Shown: one piece after another, positions 37,598 to 45,812 of the stretch | Layout: each line of letters starts with the position of its first letter | How positions within the stretch are numbered: the stretch's first letter is position 1 | DNA from: a candidate division WOR-3 bacterium | GTDB lineage: Bacteria; Hydrothermota; Tepidihabitantia; Tepidihabitantales; Tepidihabitantaceae | Direction of reading: 5' to 3' | Length of the DNA: 64,000 nt | Assembly: GCA_037441285.1 (NCBI GenBank) | Contig: JBBISL010000003.1 | Coordinates: forward strand, 10,491-74,490 | Made by a program: the position numbers and the translations under genes | The notes under the pieces: generated by a model | Told to the model about the DNA's origin: nothing | Database searches by the model: none | What the model saw: only the letters and a program-made list of their open reading frames with translations

Positions 37598-38439
37598 TGA
37601 ATATCTGGGAACGGCTTTTAAAGATTGACCGGAAGATTATCTTTGTGGTGATGGCGGTGCTGGTGCTTTTCCCGCTCTTGAAGCCGTTAGGTCTGGGAGT
37701 TAGTTCTGGACCGCGGGCAAAGGCGGTTTTTGATGCGGTGGATGCGATTCCGCCGGGAAAGACGCTCTTGATTTCGGTGGACTTTGACCCGGCGTCAATG
37801 CCCGAACTTTACCCGATGCTGGTGGCGTTGATGCGCCATGCGTTTGCCCGTGATGTGAAGGTGCTTTTGTGCGGGTTGTGGATTACCGGTGCCGGACTGG
37901 CAGACAAGGCGGTAACCGAAATTCCACCGGAGTATGGTAAGGAGTATGGTAAGGATGTGGTGTATCTGGGCTGGAAAGCAGGGGTTGATGCGGTGATTTT
38001 AGGGATGGGTGAGAACATCAAAAATGTGTTTCCGGTGGACTACTATGGCCATCCGCTTGACTCTTTGCCAATGATGCAGGAGGTGGTGCGGTTGCGGGAC
38101 ATACCGTTTATGGTCGCGATATCAGCCGGTACACCAGGGTTTGGTGACTGGTTGCTTTACGGGCAGTCGCGCTATGGGTTGCGGGTTGGTGCCGGTGTTA
38201 CTGCGGTTTCCGCGGCCGATGCCTATCCTTATCTGCAAACCGGTCAGTTGACCGGACTTTTAGCCGGGATGAAGGGTGCTGCCGAATATGAAGTGTTGCT
38301 TACCAGGAAGGGGTATAGTAAGGCTTATATGCCGGCGGTTGCTGCGATGGATTCCCAATCACTTGCCCATCTGGTGATTTTAATCCTGGTTGTACTTGGC
38401 AATGTGGCGTTTTTTGCCACGAGAATGAAAAGGAGGTAA
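37594..38439 (+). CDS. Hypothetical bitopic membrane protein
   Basis: 281 aa with N- and C-terminal TM helices flanking a ~200 aa domain. Its start overlaps the previous gene. Confidence 0.5.
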   Translation: MMNIWERLLKIDRKIIFVVMAVLVLFPLLKPLGLGVSSGPRAKAVFDAVDAIPPGKTLLISVDFDPASMPELYPMLVALMRHAFARDVKVLLCGLWITGAGLADKAVTEIPPEYGKEYGKDVVYLGWKAGVDAVILGMGENIKNVFPVDYYGHPLDSLPMMQEVVRLRDIPFMVAISAGTPGFGDWLLYGQSRYGLRVGAGVTAVSAADAYPYLQTGQLTGLLAGMKGAAEYEVLLTRKGYSKAYMPAVAAMDSQSLAHLVILILVVLGNVAFFATRMKRR

Positions 38440-38440
38440 G

Positions 38441-39070
38441 ATGCACATCTCCACTGATATCTGGACCTGGTTGGCAGTTATCCTGACCTTTGGAATTTTC
38501 TCTTTCCTCTGGAAGGACAACCCATTTTACAAGTTTTGTGAGCATCTGTTTGTCGGGGTTTCAGTTGGCTATACGATTGCACTTACCTGGTACAATTCGG
38601 TGTATCCGGACCTGATTACGCCCCTGTTCCGGCAGGGGAAGCCGCTTTACATAATTCCATTTGTCCTCGGCTTGTTCTACTTTGCCCGATTTATTCCCCA
38701 GGTTTCCTGGCTGGTGCGGATTCCGATGGGTTTTGTGCTGGGCTGGGCATCAGGGGTGGCGATACCCGCATTTTTCCAGACGAACATCATCAAGCAGATT
38801 CAGGGAACACTTTTGACACCGGGGATTTTTAGCCGCTGGGATGTTTTTCTCTGGGCGCTGATTTCGTTTGTTGGCGTTATCTGTTCGGTACTTTACTTCT
38901 TTTTCTCCCGGGAGCACAAGGGCGCGCTTAAGGTTGCCGCTGACACCGGGATTGTTTTTCTGATGATTGGGTTTGGCGCTTCTTTTGGCTATACGGTTAT
39001 GGCGCGTATGTCTCTGCTCATTGGCCGGTTCCAATTCCTTTTGCGCGACTGGTTAGGGGTGATAAAATAG
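38441..39070 (+). CDS. Hypothetical polytopic membrane protein
   Basis: 209 aa, about 6 TM, starting 2 nt after the previous stop. Confidence 0.5.
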   Translation: MHISTDIWTWLAVILTFGIFSFLWKDNPFYKFCEHLFVGVSVGYTIALTWYNSVYPDLITPLFRQGKPLYIIPFVLGLFYFARFIPQVSWLVRIPMGFVLGWASGVAIPAFFQTNIIKQIQGTLLTPGIFSRWDVFLWALISFVGVICSVLYFFFSREHKGALKVAADTGIVFLMIGFGASFGYTVMARMSLLIGRFQFLLRDWLGVIK

Positions 39071-39128
39071 TTAACAGACGCACGATTTGCAGTGCGGTAA
39101 ACAAGCGCGGTTGTGCAGGGGAGGTTAA

Positions 39129-40670
39129 ATGGGACTTTTAATCGGGCTTTTGCTTTTTTGTGGGGCGGGTAGCGGAGTTTATGTACCGACCGATTCCCGG
39201 ATTTATGAAGACTTTGATTTGCTGAAAACCGCGGGGTTGATTAAATCACTGCCTTCAACAAGCAAACCCTGGACCCGGGAAGAGTGCGAGAGACTTTTTT
39301 TTGAGGCGGAGTCGGTTGCCCGAAGTTGTCGGTTAAATGCGGCACAGCAGGCGGCGCGGGCAAGGTTGCGCTGGGAACTGATAAAGAAAAAACCGCTTGT
39401 TGGAATTGACCTGTCCGAGACAGGCGAGTCCGGGAACCGATTGATTTTACTCAATTTGTTCGCCCGGATGCGGGCAGAACCGGGAAAGCAAAGGGTGTCG
39501 TTGGGTGTGAATGCCGAAAACGAGCCCGCAGACCGGTTCTTTTTTTACGATGAGATGGCACCGGTGCTGCTTAATCCGAAAGAGCCAAGGATTCTTGACT
39601 CTGCCGGCTGGCACAATCCTAATGCCCGGGTTGTTTCCTGGCAGGACCGGGTTTTATGGGAGATGGAGCGGGCGTATTTGGGTGTTAAGTTTCCCGGCTT
39701 AAGGCTGGAACTGGGCAGGGATGAGTTTTTCTGGGGACCGGGGTATCTGTCAAGCGTGATGCTTTCGGACCGGGCGCCGGCGCTGGACCATTTTCAACTC
39801 CTTTTGAAAGGGAGAAGTTTGAAGTTTCTTGCCTTTACCGCAATGCTTTCGCGCTGGAATCGTACCCATCGGTTTTTATCCGGGCAGCGGCTTGAGGTTT
39901 CGCTTTTTAACCGGCTGGTTTTAGGTGGGGCGATGTTCAATGTTTACACCTATGAGAATGCCTGGGATTTTACCGGTATGCTTAACCCGCTTTTACCGCT
40001 CTATTTTTCGGTTGCCAATTCCGGACACGGCGACAACCTGTTGATGGGCTGGGATGCGGCGCTCTATTTGCCGAAAACCAAAATATACGGGCAGCTGTTT
40101 CTGGACAATTATGAGTTCAATACTAGAAAGGATGCGCCAAACTGCGTTGGTTTGCAAGCCGGGTTTCTGCTAACACCCGGGGCTTTTGAGATTCGGGCTG
40201 AGTATGCGTTGATTACCGCATTTACCTATTACCACCGGATATATTCGATTATGTATGAGAACTATTCGGTGCCACTGGGTCATGAACTGGGACCAGATGC
40301 GGACCGGTTGTGGGCAAGGGTTTCTTATACGCCACTAACCTGGCTCAAAGCATCGGTTGCTGGAGATTGGTCCCGACGCGGTTATTACAATCGGGGCGGT
40401 TTTTCGCGCCAGAGTTACCAGATGAGCGATACCGTTTTTCTACGCCATCATTATCAGTTTCCGGCAAAGGGCTGGGATTCGACAAAAGCCGATGAGGATG
40501 TGGAGGTTGAAAAGGTGTTGCGGGCAGGACCAGAACTGGAGTTCAGTTTGCCGCGCGGGTTTTATCTTCAAGCCCTGGTTCAAGCGGCATATTATAAGAA
40601 TCAGGGCGGGGTGCCGGACAAGAATGGGGTTGAGCCTGAATTTCTGTTAAAGTTGGAGTACCGCTATTAA
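39129..40670 (+). CDS. Outer-membrane beta-barrel protein, Wzi-like (capsule-assembly family) candidate
   Basis: 513 aa with a signal peptide. The N-terminal helical motif DSRIYEDFDLLKTAGLI resembles the Wzi N-terminus, the protein is Gly/Tyr-rich and it ends in an aromatic residue (LEYRY). Confidence 0.4.
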   Translation: MGLLIGLLLFCGAGSGVYVPTDSRIYEDFDLLKTAGLIKSLPSTSKPWTREECERLFFEAESVARSCRLNAAQQAARARLRWELIKKKPLVGIDLSETGESGNRLILLNLFARMRAEPGKQRVSLGVNAENEPADRFFFYDEMAPVLLNPKEPRILDSAGWHNPNARVVSWQDRVLWEMERAYLGVKFPGLRLELGRDEFFWGPGYLSSVMLSDRAPALDHFQLLLKGRSLKFLAFTAMLSRWNRTHRFLSGQRLEVSLFNRLVLGGAMFNVYTYENAWDFTGMLNPLLPLYFSVANSGHGDNLLMGWDAALYLPKTKIYGQLFLDNYEFNTRKDAPNCVGLQAGFLLTPGAFEIRAEYALITAFTYYHRIYSIMYENYSVPLGHELGPDADRLWARVSYTPLTWLKASVAGDWSRRGYYNRGGFSRQSYQMSDTVFLRHHYQFPAKGWDSTKADEDVEVEKVLRAGPELEFSLPRGFYLQALVQAAYYKNQGGVPDKNGVEPEFLLKLEYRY

Positions 40671-41326
40671 GGCGCGAGTTTTAACCCGAGCGTTTGTTCC
40701 AGTTCTGACTTTTTGATGTCTCCTTCCCGTAGAAGGCGGGGTGGATGCGTTGTCAGGTCGAGGATTGTTGAGGGGTTGCCGGAACCGATTTTTCCCGCAT
40801 TAATCGCAAAGTCAACCTGGGCGACGAGTTCCGGGTTAAGTGCATTGAAGTCGTTGGTTGCCGGCTGACCATGGACATTGGCGCTCGTACCGGCAAGCGG
40901 TGCGCCAAGCCGGGACACGATTTCACGAAATATCGGGTTGTTGACCACTCTGATTCCGATGGTGTCTTTTCCCCCGGTTAAAATGTCGGGTGTTCGGAAA
41001 GAAGAGTAGAAGATTAAGGCGAGGGGCCCGGGTAGAAACCTTTCTGCGAGGAGGTGGGCAATATCCGGGATTTGTTTCACATAAGGGGTTGCCTGTTTTA
41101 GGGTATAACAGTGGATGAGGCAGGACTGTTGAATAGGGCGTTTTTTGATTTCATAGAGGCGCTGAATCGCATCTGGACAGCGGATATCGACACCGATGCC
41201 GTATACGGTTTCGGTGGGAAAGAGGAGGACACCGCCGTTTAAGAGATTTTTAACCACCCGGTCAATGAATTCATGGTCTTGTGCCCGATGAGAATCATAG
41301 TTGCCAGGTTTGACAATTTCTGCCAT
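40667..41326 (-). CDS. tsaC: L-threonylcarbamoyladenylate synthase (YrdC/Sua5 family)
   Basis: 219 aa with the LLFPTETVYGIGVD motif of the YrdC fold. Confidence 0.75.
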   Translation of the reverse strand: MAEIVKPGNYDSHRAQDHEFIDRVVKNLLNGGVLLFPTETVYGIGVDIRCPDAIQRLYEIKKRPIQQSCLIHCYTLKQATPYVKQIPDIAHLLAERFLPGPLALIFYSSFRTPDILTGGKDTIGIRVVNNPIFREIVSRLGAPLAGTSANVHGQPATNDFNALNPELVAQVDFAINAGKIGSGNPSTILDLTTHPPRLLREGDIKKSELEQTLGLKLAP

Positions 41327-43243
41327 CTACAAAGCGGATGTGATTTCGGTGACCGTCAGGGTTTTATCACCCATCTTGACTTTATCACCGGGCTTTTTGC
41401 CGATGAGTTCCTGAGCAAGGGGAGATTGAAAGGAGATGATGCCGTTTTCCGGGTCTGCATCCCAGGGTCCGAGTATGGAAAACTCGTGATTTTTACCTTC
41501 TTCGTCCTGCAGTTTTACCCGAGAACCAATCTTCACGATGTCAGATTCAAACTTCTCCGGTTCGATAGGTTTTGCCCGGGAAAGGTCAGCGCGTAAACGG
41601 TTTATTTTTTCCATCAGGCGCGCCTGTTTCTCTTTTGCCGCTTTGTATTCATAATTTTCCGAAAGGTCGCCGAAACTGCGGGCGCGGGCGATTTCTTCTG
41701 CGGTGCGCGGCAGTTCCTCCTCGGTCAACTTTTTAAGTTCTGCCTTCGCTTTTTCGATGCCGGCAACCGTACTCCAGATGAATTTGGCTTCGGGCTCGGT
41801 TTTGAGTCCGGAAAATTGCTCAAAGAAGATAGTGCTGATTTCGTCCTGCTGGTACGGTTCTAAGATGCGAACGCGGCGGATGCGTTCCAACAGTTTTTCC
41901 GCCTCTTTTTCGGTGATTTCGGCTAATGTTTTGAGGATAATCTGGTACTTATTGTTTAGTAAGATTCTCTTTACCCGGTTGGTAATGGAGCGGTTTTTTT
42001 CGGTCTCAAGCAGGTCAAGGAGGCGGGTAAGAATCGGGCGATAGGAACCGATGGTTGTTTCGGCGAGGAAGAGGAATGGGTCAATATTGATGCGGTACGA
42101 TGTCAGGGTCAATTCGACCAACATCTGATAGGTGGCTGGTTTTTCATCCCTTAGTTTTTTTAGGATGATGGTGCGGGTTGTGTTGTCCGGGGTGACGGGA
42201 AAGATACGGGCATAGAGCGTTTCCCAGTCGTCGGTCCGCTGGAGCATTATCTCTTTGAGTAGTTTTTTCCTTTCGGTAGTCGTGCGCAGGTTCTGAAAAG
42301 CCGCGATGATATCTTCGGGGCTCATGGTTGAGAGGCGGGAGTAGTCGAAACGCGGGGCAGAGGGGGCTTTTGTCGGGGAAGCGGACAAAACATCATCCGG
42401 TTTTTTCTCTTTATTAGGTTCATCGGTCCAGCGGTAGATGCGGTTAGGTCGGGTTTGAAGTTCGATGTGGGGATGCTGTAATAAACCACGCCGTGCCTTT
42501 TCCCAGAGATTGGTGTAATTTTGCGTCTCAATAATGGGGGTCAAATATTTCTGAATGTCGGCGCCGGACATCCATTGACGGGTGTCCTTTAGTAAAAGGG
42601 CGATGACGGCAGCGGGGTCATCGGTGATGAGTTTTTTTAGATATTGCGGCTGTTTTTCCTGAAGGGCAAAAAAACCATCAGCCGCGGGAAAACTGAAAGC
42701 GCGGCTGGCGGTTGCAATGTCGAAGGTGGCTTCTTCCCCGGATTGAAATAAAATTGTAACCCGGTCGAACAACAGGTCGAGTTTTTTCACTTTACCCGGT
42801 CCACGCTGCGGGTCAAAGATTAATTTACCGGGTGCCAGTTTTATGTAACGGTCAAACTGGTCAAGCGCCTCAGAGAGCGGTTTCCCATAGCCCAAGCCGG
42901 ATTTCTGGAGCATTTTTTCCAAAAGCGGTTCATCAGGATAGATTTTGTGCAGGCAGGTGGTAAGTTCGGTTGTTAATTTGCTGTCGTCGGGTGTAAGTCC
43001 GACAAGACGGCGCAAAACGACCAACTCATCCTGATACCGTTTCTGTTCTGTTAGGGCATCGGCAAGAACCCAGAGGAGGGGCGGCGTTTTTTCCGGTGCC
43101 CAACGCTGGACAAGGTCAATAAGGTTGAGGAGCTCCTGGAACGGCAGGTTGAGTTGAAGCAGTTCCAGCCAGGTTGCCTCCATTTCGTCAAACTTCTTGG
43201 TTCCCAGCTGGATACGGAAAAGTTTTATCAGTTCTTCACTCAT
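41327..43243 (-). CDS. greA: Long-form transcription elongation factor GreA/GreB family (C-terminal Gre domain plus ~480-aa N-terminal extension)
   Basis: The C-terminal 150 aa (SFGDLSENYEYKAAKEKQ...SILGPWDADPENGIISFQSPLAQ) is a Gre factor. The large N-terminal extension resembles the long GreA of chlamydiae and spirochaetes. Confidence 0.75.
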   Translation of the reverse strand: MSEELIKLFRIQLGTKKFDEMEATWLELLQLNLPFQELLNLIDLVQRWAPEKTPPLLWVLADALTEQKRYQDELVVLRRLVGLTPDDSKLTTELTTCLHKIYPDEPLLEKMLQKSGLGYGKPLSEALDQFDRYIKLAPGKLIFDPQRGPGKVKKLDLLFDRVTILFQSGEEATFDIATASRAFSFPAADGFFALQEKQPQYLKKLITDDPAAVIALLLKDTRQWMSGADIQKYLTPIIETQNYTNLWEKARRGLLQHPHIELQTRPNRIYRWTDEPNKEKKPDDVLSASPTKAPSAPRFDYSRLSTMSPEDIIAAFQNLRTTTERKKLLKEIMLQRTDDWETLYARIFPVTPDNTTRTIILKKLRDEKPATYQMLVELTLTSYRINIDPFLFLAETTIGSYRPILTRLLDLLETEKNRSITNRVKRILLNNKYQIILKTLAEITEKEAEKLLERIRRVRILEPYQQDEISTIFFEQFSGLKTEPEAKFIWSTVAGIEKAKAELKKLTEEELPRTAEEIARARSFGDLSENYEYKAAKEKQARLMEKINRLRADLSRAKPIEPEKFESDIVKIGSRVKLQDEEGKNHEFSILGPWDADPENGIISFQSPLAQELIGKKPGDKVKMGDKTLTVTEITSAL

Positions 43244-43395
43244 CTTGCCTCTTTTCTACCAGCATAGTGTCCAGGATGCTTTGGAGAAATGTGCGAGCTT
43301 CTTCCCCAATACATAGGTAAAAATTAGACTATTCACAATTTCTTTATAGTCAAGCAGGTTTTTCCTTGACCGGGGGAATACCGCGGATAGTTTTA

Positions 43396-43892
43396 ATTGA
43401 TGAGTTTTAAAGAATTTCTTGTGCCGGTGGGAGTTGTAATTTGCGGGTTCCTCATCGGTTGGTTGTGCGAGATGGTGATAAGGCACTGGTTAAAAAGATT
43501 AGCCCGACGCACGAAGTGGCAGGGAGACGATATTATAATCTATGCTTTCGAGGGGTGGATTGTTGTAGTGTTATGATAGTGACCTTGAAAAGGTGGAACA
43601 GGTTACGCTGGATGTGGCACGGAAGGTGATGAAGGAGGTGCCGGGTGGCGTTGCTGACGCTGAGCCGGTCATTCGGTTTCACACATTTGGGGAGTTCAGT
43701 ATCAATTTCACAGTATTTTTACGGGTGAAAGATGCGGTTTCTCAGTATCCGGTTAAGCATGAATTTATCAAGCGGCTTCATCACCGTTATCAGGAAGAGG
43801 GAATAGTCATTCCGTTTCCGATTCGAACCGTACTCCGGCATCAGGTGCCAGACCGAAAGGAAAATTCGTTTGACAGAAATCAAATGGTTTAA
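43396..43892 (+). pseudogene. Remnants of an MscS-family mechanosensitive channel gene (small N-terminal TM fragment plus C-terminal domain fragment in a different frame)
   Basis: 43593..43892 encodes FGEFSINFTVFLRVKD...EEGIVIPFPIRTV, the MscS C-terminal domain. 43396..43569 encodes a 58-aa TM peptide. The central beta-domain is absent and the frames differ. Confidence 0.35.
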
Positions 43893-43907
43893 TAATATGT
43901 AAAGTAT

Positions 43908-45470
43908 ATGAAAGTTAAACTTGCCGGTTACAACATCGATGCCGATTTGATTGACAGTTTGGTAAAGAACCGCCGGGTGGTGCCGACACCAGAAGTTATC
44001 GCCGCGGCTTACGCCCGAATCAGTCGCAGTCAGAAGTCGATTGAGCAGTTGCGGAGCGAAGCACGCCGGGAGTTGAAAAAGGCACGCCAGTCCAATCGGA
44101 CGATTGTGTTCGAAATGGGGCATCACTCAATCGCCGAGCATGCGGTTTTTAATTTTGATATCACCGAGGTTTCCCGGTTGGCGGTAGAGGCGATTGAACA
44201 TCACCGGCTGGCTTCGTTTACTGAGCGTTCGCAGCGTTATGTTCAACTGGAAAATCAGTTTGTTGTTCCCGCCGAAATTCAGAATTCCGAATTCTTAGGG
44301 GACTATCTCAACATCATCCGGCTTCAGAACGAAACCTATCACCGGCTGTTTGAGCGGTTGAAGGAGCATATTACCGCTACCAGGCCCGATTTGAAGGACG
44401 ACCCGGGAAGGGTTGAGAATCTGGCAAAGGAGGATGCCCGATACATAACCAGTCTGGCAACTCAGACACAACTCGGGATGACGGTGAATGCTCGAACTCT
44501 GGAGTTGATGTTGCGCCGGCTCGCCGCAAATGAGTTGAGCGAGGTACGGGCGCTGGCAGAGGAGCTGTACCACCAGGTGGAGGCGGTTGCCCCTTCGCTT
44601 TTGATATTTACCGGTCCAACCGATTATGAACGAAACACCTATCCGCGGTTGCGGGAGTTTGCCCGGACCTTTATGACCCGACCTTTTCCCCGCAGGCCGC
44701 GTAATCTGATTGCAATGTCGGCATCAGATGTGACACTGGTTGACTATACCCAGAACGCCGACAACAAACTGCTTGCCTGTCTGATGCATTGTGCCTCCCA
44801 AGCCTCCTATATGGAATGTTTTTCCCGTTCGGAAAAGCAGACCCTGGCAAGGAAAAAGGAGATTTTCAAGCTGGCGTGCCAGGATTTACAGGCTTACGAT
44901 GCGGTGCTGCGTGAGTTTGAGCATCTTTACCTGACATTTGAACTGGTCATTTCGGCTGCCTGTTTTGCCCAGTTAAAGCGCCATCGGCTTACAACAATTA
45001 CCGTCCAGCCTTACGACCCGGATTTAGGCTGGACGATTCCAGTTTCGGTTGCGGAGTTAAAAGAGCACAAGAGTTTTAAAGAGGTACTCGCTCAGACCGA
45101 GGAAGTTTATGATAAGATTGCGGCTTTCAATCCGCTGGTTGCCCAGTATGTTTTGACGAACTCTCATCAAAGGCGGGTACTAATTACGATGAACGCCCGG
45201 GAGTTGTACCATCTGTCACGACTCCGTCAGGACCCTTCAGCCCAATGGGATATCAGAGATATCGTAGGTCGAATGGTTGAGCAGGCGCGCAATGTGATGC
45301 CCTTGACCTTGCTCCTTGCTGGGGGCAAAGAAGATTACCCCCGGGTTTATCAGGAGTTGTACGGTAAACCACCCCGGGTCACAAAGCTTGAACTGCCGCA
45401 AGAGCGGGAAATCAACAATACCAGCAAAAATAGCCCAAAGCAGAACCGAAGGCAGAACCGTGAACATTAG
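43908..45470 (+). CDS. thyX: FAD-dependent thymidylate synthase ThyX, tandem-duplicated (two ThyX domains in one chain)
   Basis: The first half has HHRLASFTERSQRY (RHR...S motif) and NARTLELMLRR. The second half has KRHRLTT and NARELYHLSRLRQDPSAQWDIRD. Confidence 0.65.
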   Translation: MKVKLAGYNIDADLIDSLVKNRRVVPTPEVIAAAYARISRSQKSIEQLRSEARRELKKARQSNRTIVFEMGHHSIAEHAVFNFDITEVSRLAVEAIEHHRLASFTERSQRYVQLENQFVVPAEIQNSEFLGDYLNIIRLQNETYHRLFERLKEHITATRPDLKDDPGRVENLAKEDARYITSLATQTQLGMTVNARTLELMLRRLAANELSEVRALAEELYHQVEAVAPSLLIFTGPTDYERNTYPRLREFARTFMTRPFPRRPRNLIAMSASDVTLVDYTQNADNKLLACLMHCASQASYMECFSRSEKQTLARKKEIFKLACQDLQAYDAVLREFEHLYLTFELVISAACFAQLKRHRLTTITVQPYDPDLGWTIPVSVAELKEHKSFKEVLAQTEEVYDKIAAFNPLVAQYVLTNSHQRRVLITMNARELYHLSRLRQDPSAQWDIRDIVGRMVEQARNVMPLTLLLAGGKEDYPRVYQELYGKPPRVTKLELPQEREINNTSKNSPKQNRRQNREH

Positions 45471-45807
45471 TAATAATCAAGAATTGAAAGAGGCGGTTAA
45501 ACGGCGGGAGCCGGAACTGGTTATTATTGACCCTAATTTGATAAAGCGGGTGCGTTTGTTCCTCGGATTGCGGCAGGCGGCAAATATACTGGTTTTTGTA
45601 ATTCTTGCGGTGGCGATATTTATGTGGGCGAACCCATTCCGAGTCCAATTTTTTGAGGCAAACAGCGGTCGGCTTTTGCGCCAGATACTTTTGGGGATTG
45701 GCATACTGTTGTTGTTCGCCGATTACCTGATGCCGGTTGCCCGTTATTATAAAATAGGTCGCTATGAAGAAGGTCGATTACAACTGGCTTTGAGAAAGCC
45801 AAAATAG
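45460..45807 (+). CDS. Small hypothetical membrane protein
   Basis: About 115 aa with two TM helices. The start is uncertain (GTG 45460 assumed) and it overlaps the thyX 3' end. Confidence 0.3.
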   Translation: MNISNNQELKEAVKRREPELVIIDPNLIKRVRLFLGLRQAANILVFVILAVAIFMWANPFRVQFFEANSGRLLRQILLGIGILLLFADYLMPVARYYKIGRYEEGRLQLALRKPK

Positions 45808-45812
45808 GAGGT

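Noticed and set aside
45316-45459. Upstream part of the 163-aa ORF overlapping thyX
   Set aside because: It lies inside the thyX coding region. Only the segment after the thyX stop is plausibly coding.
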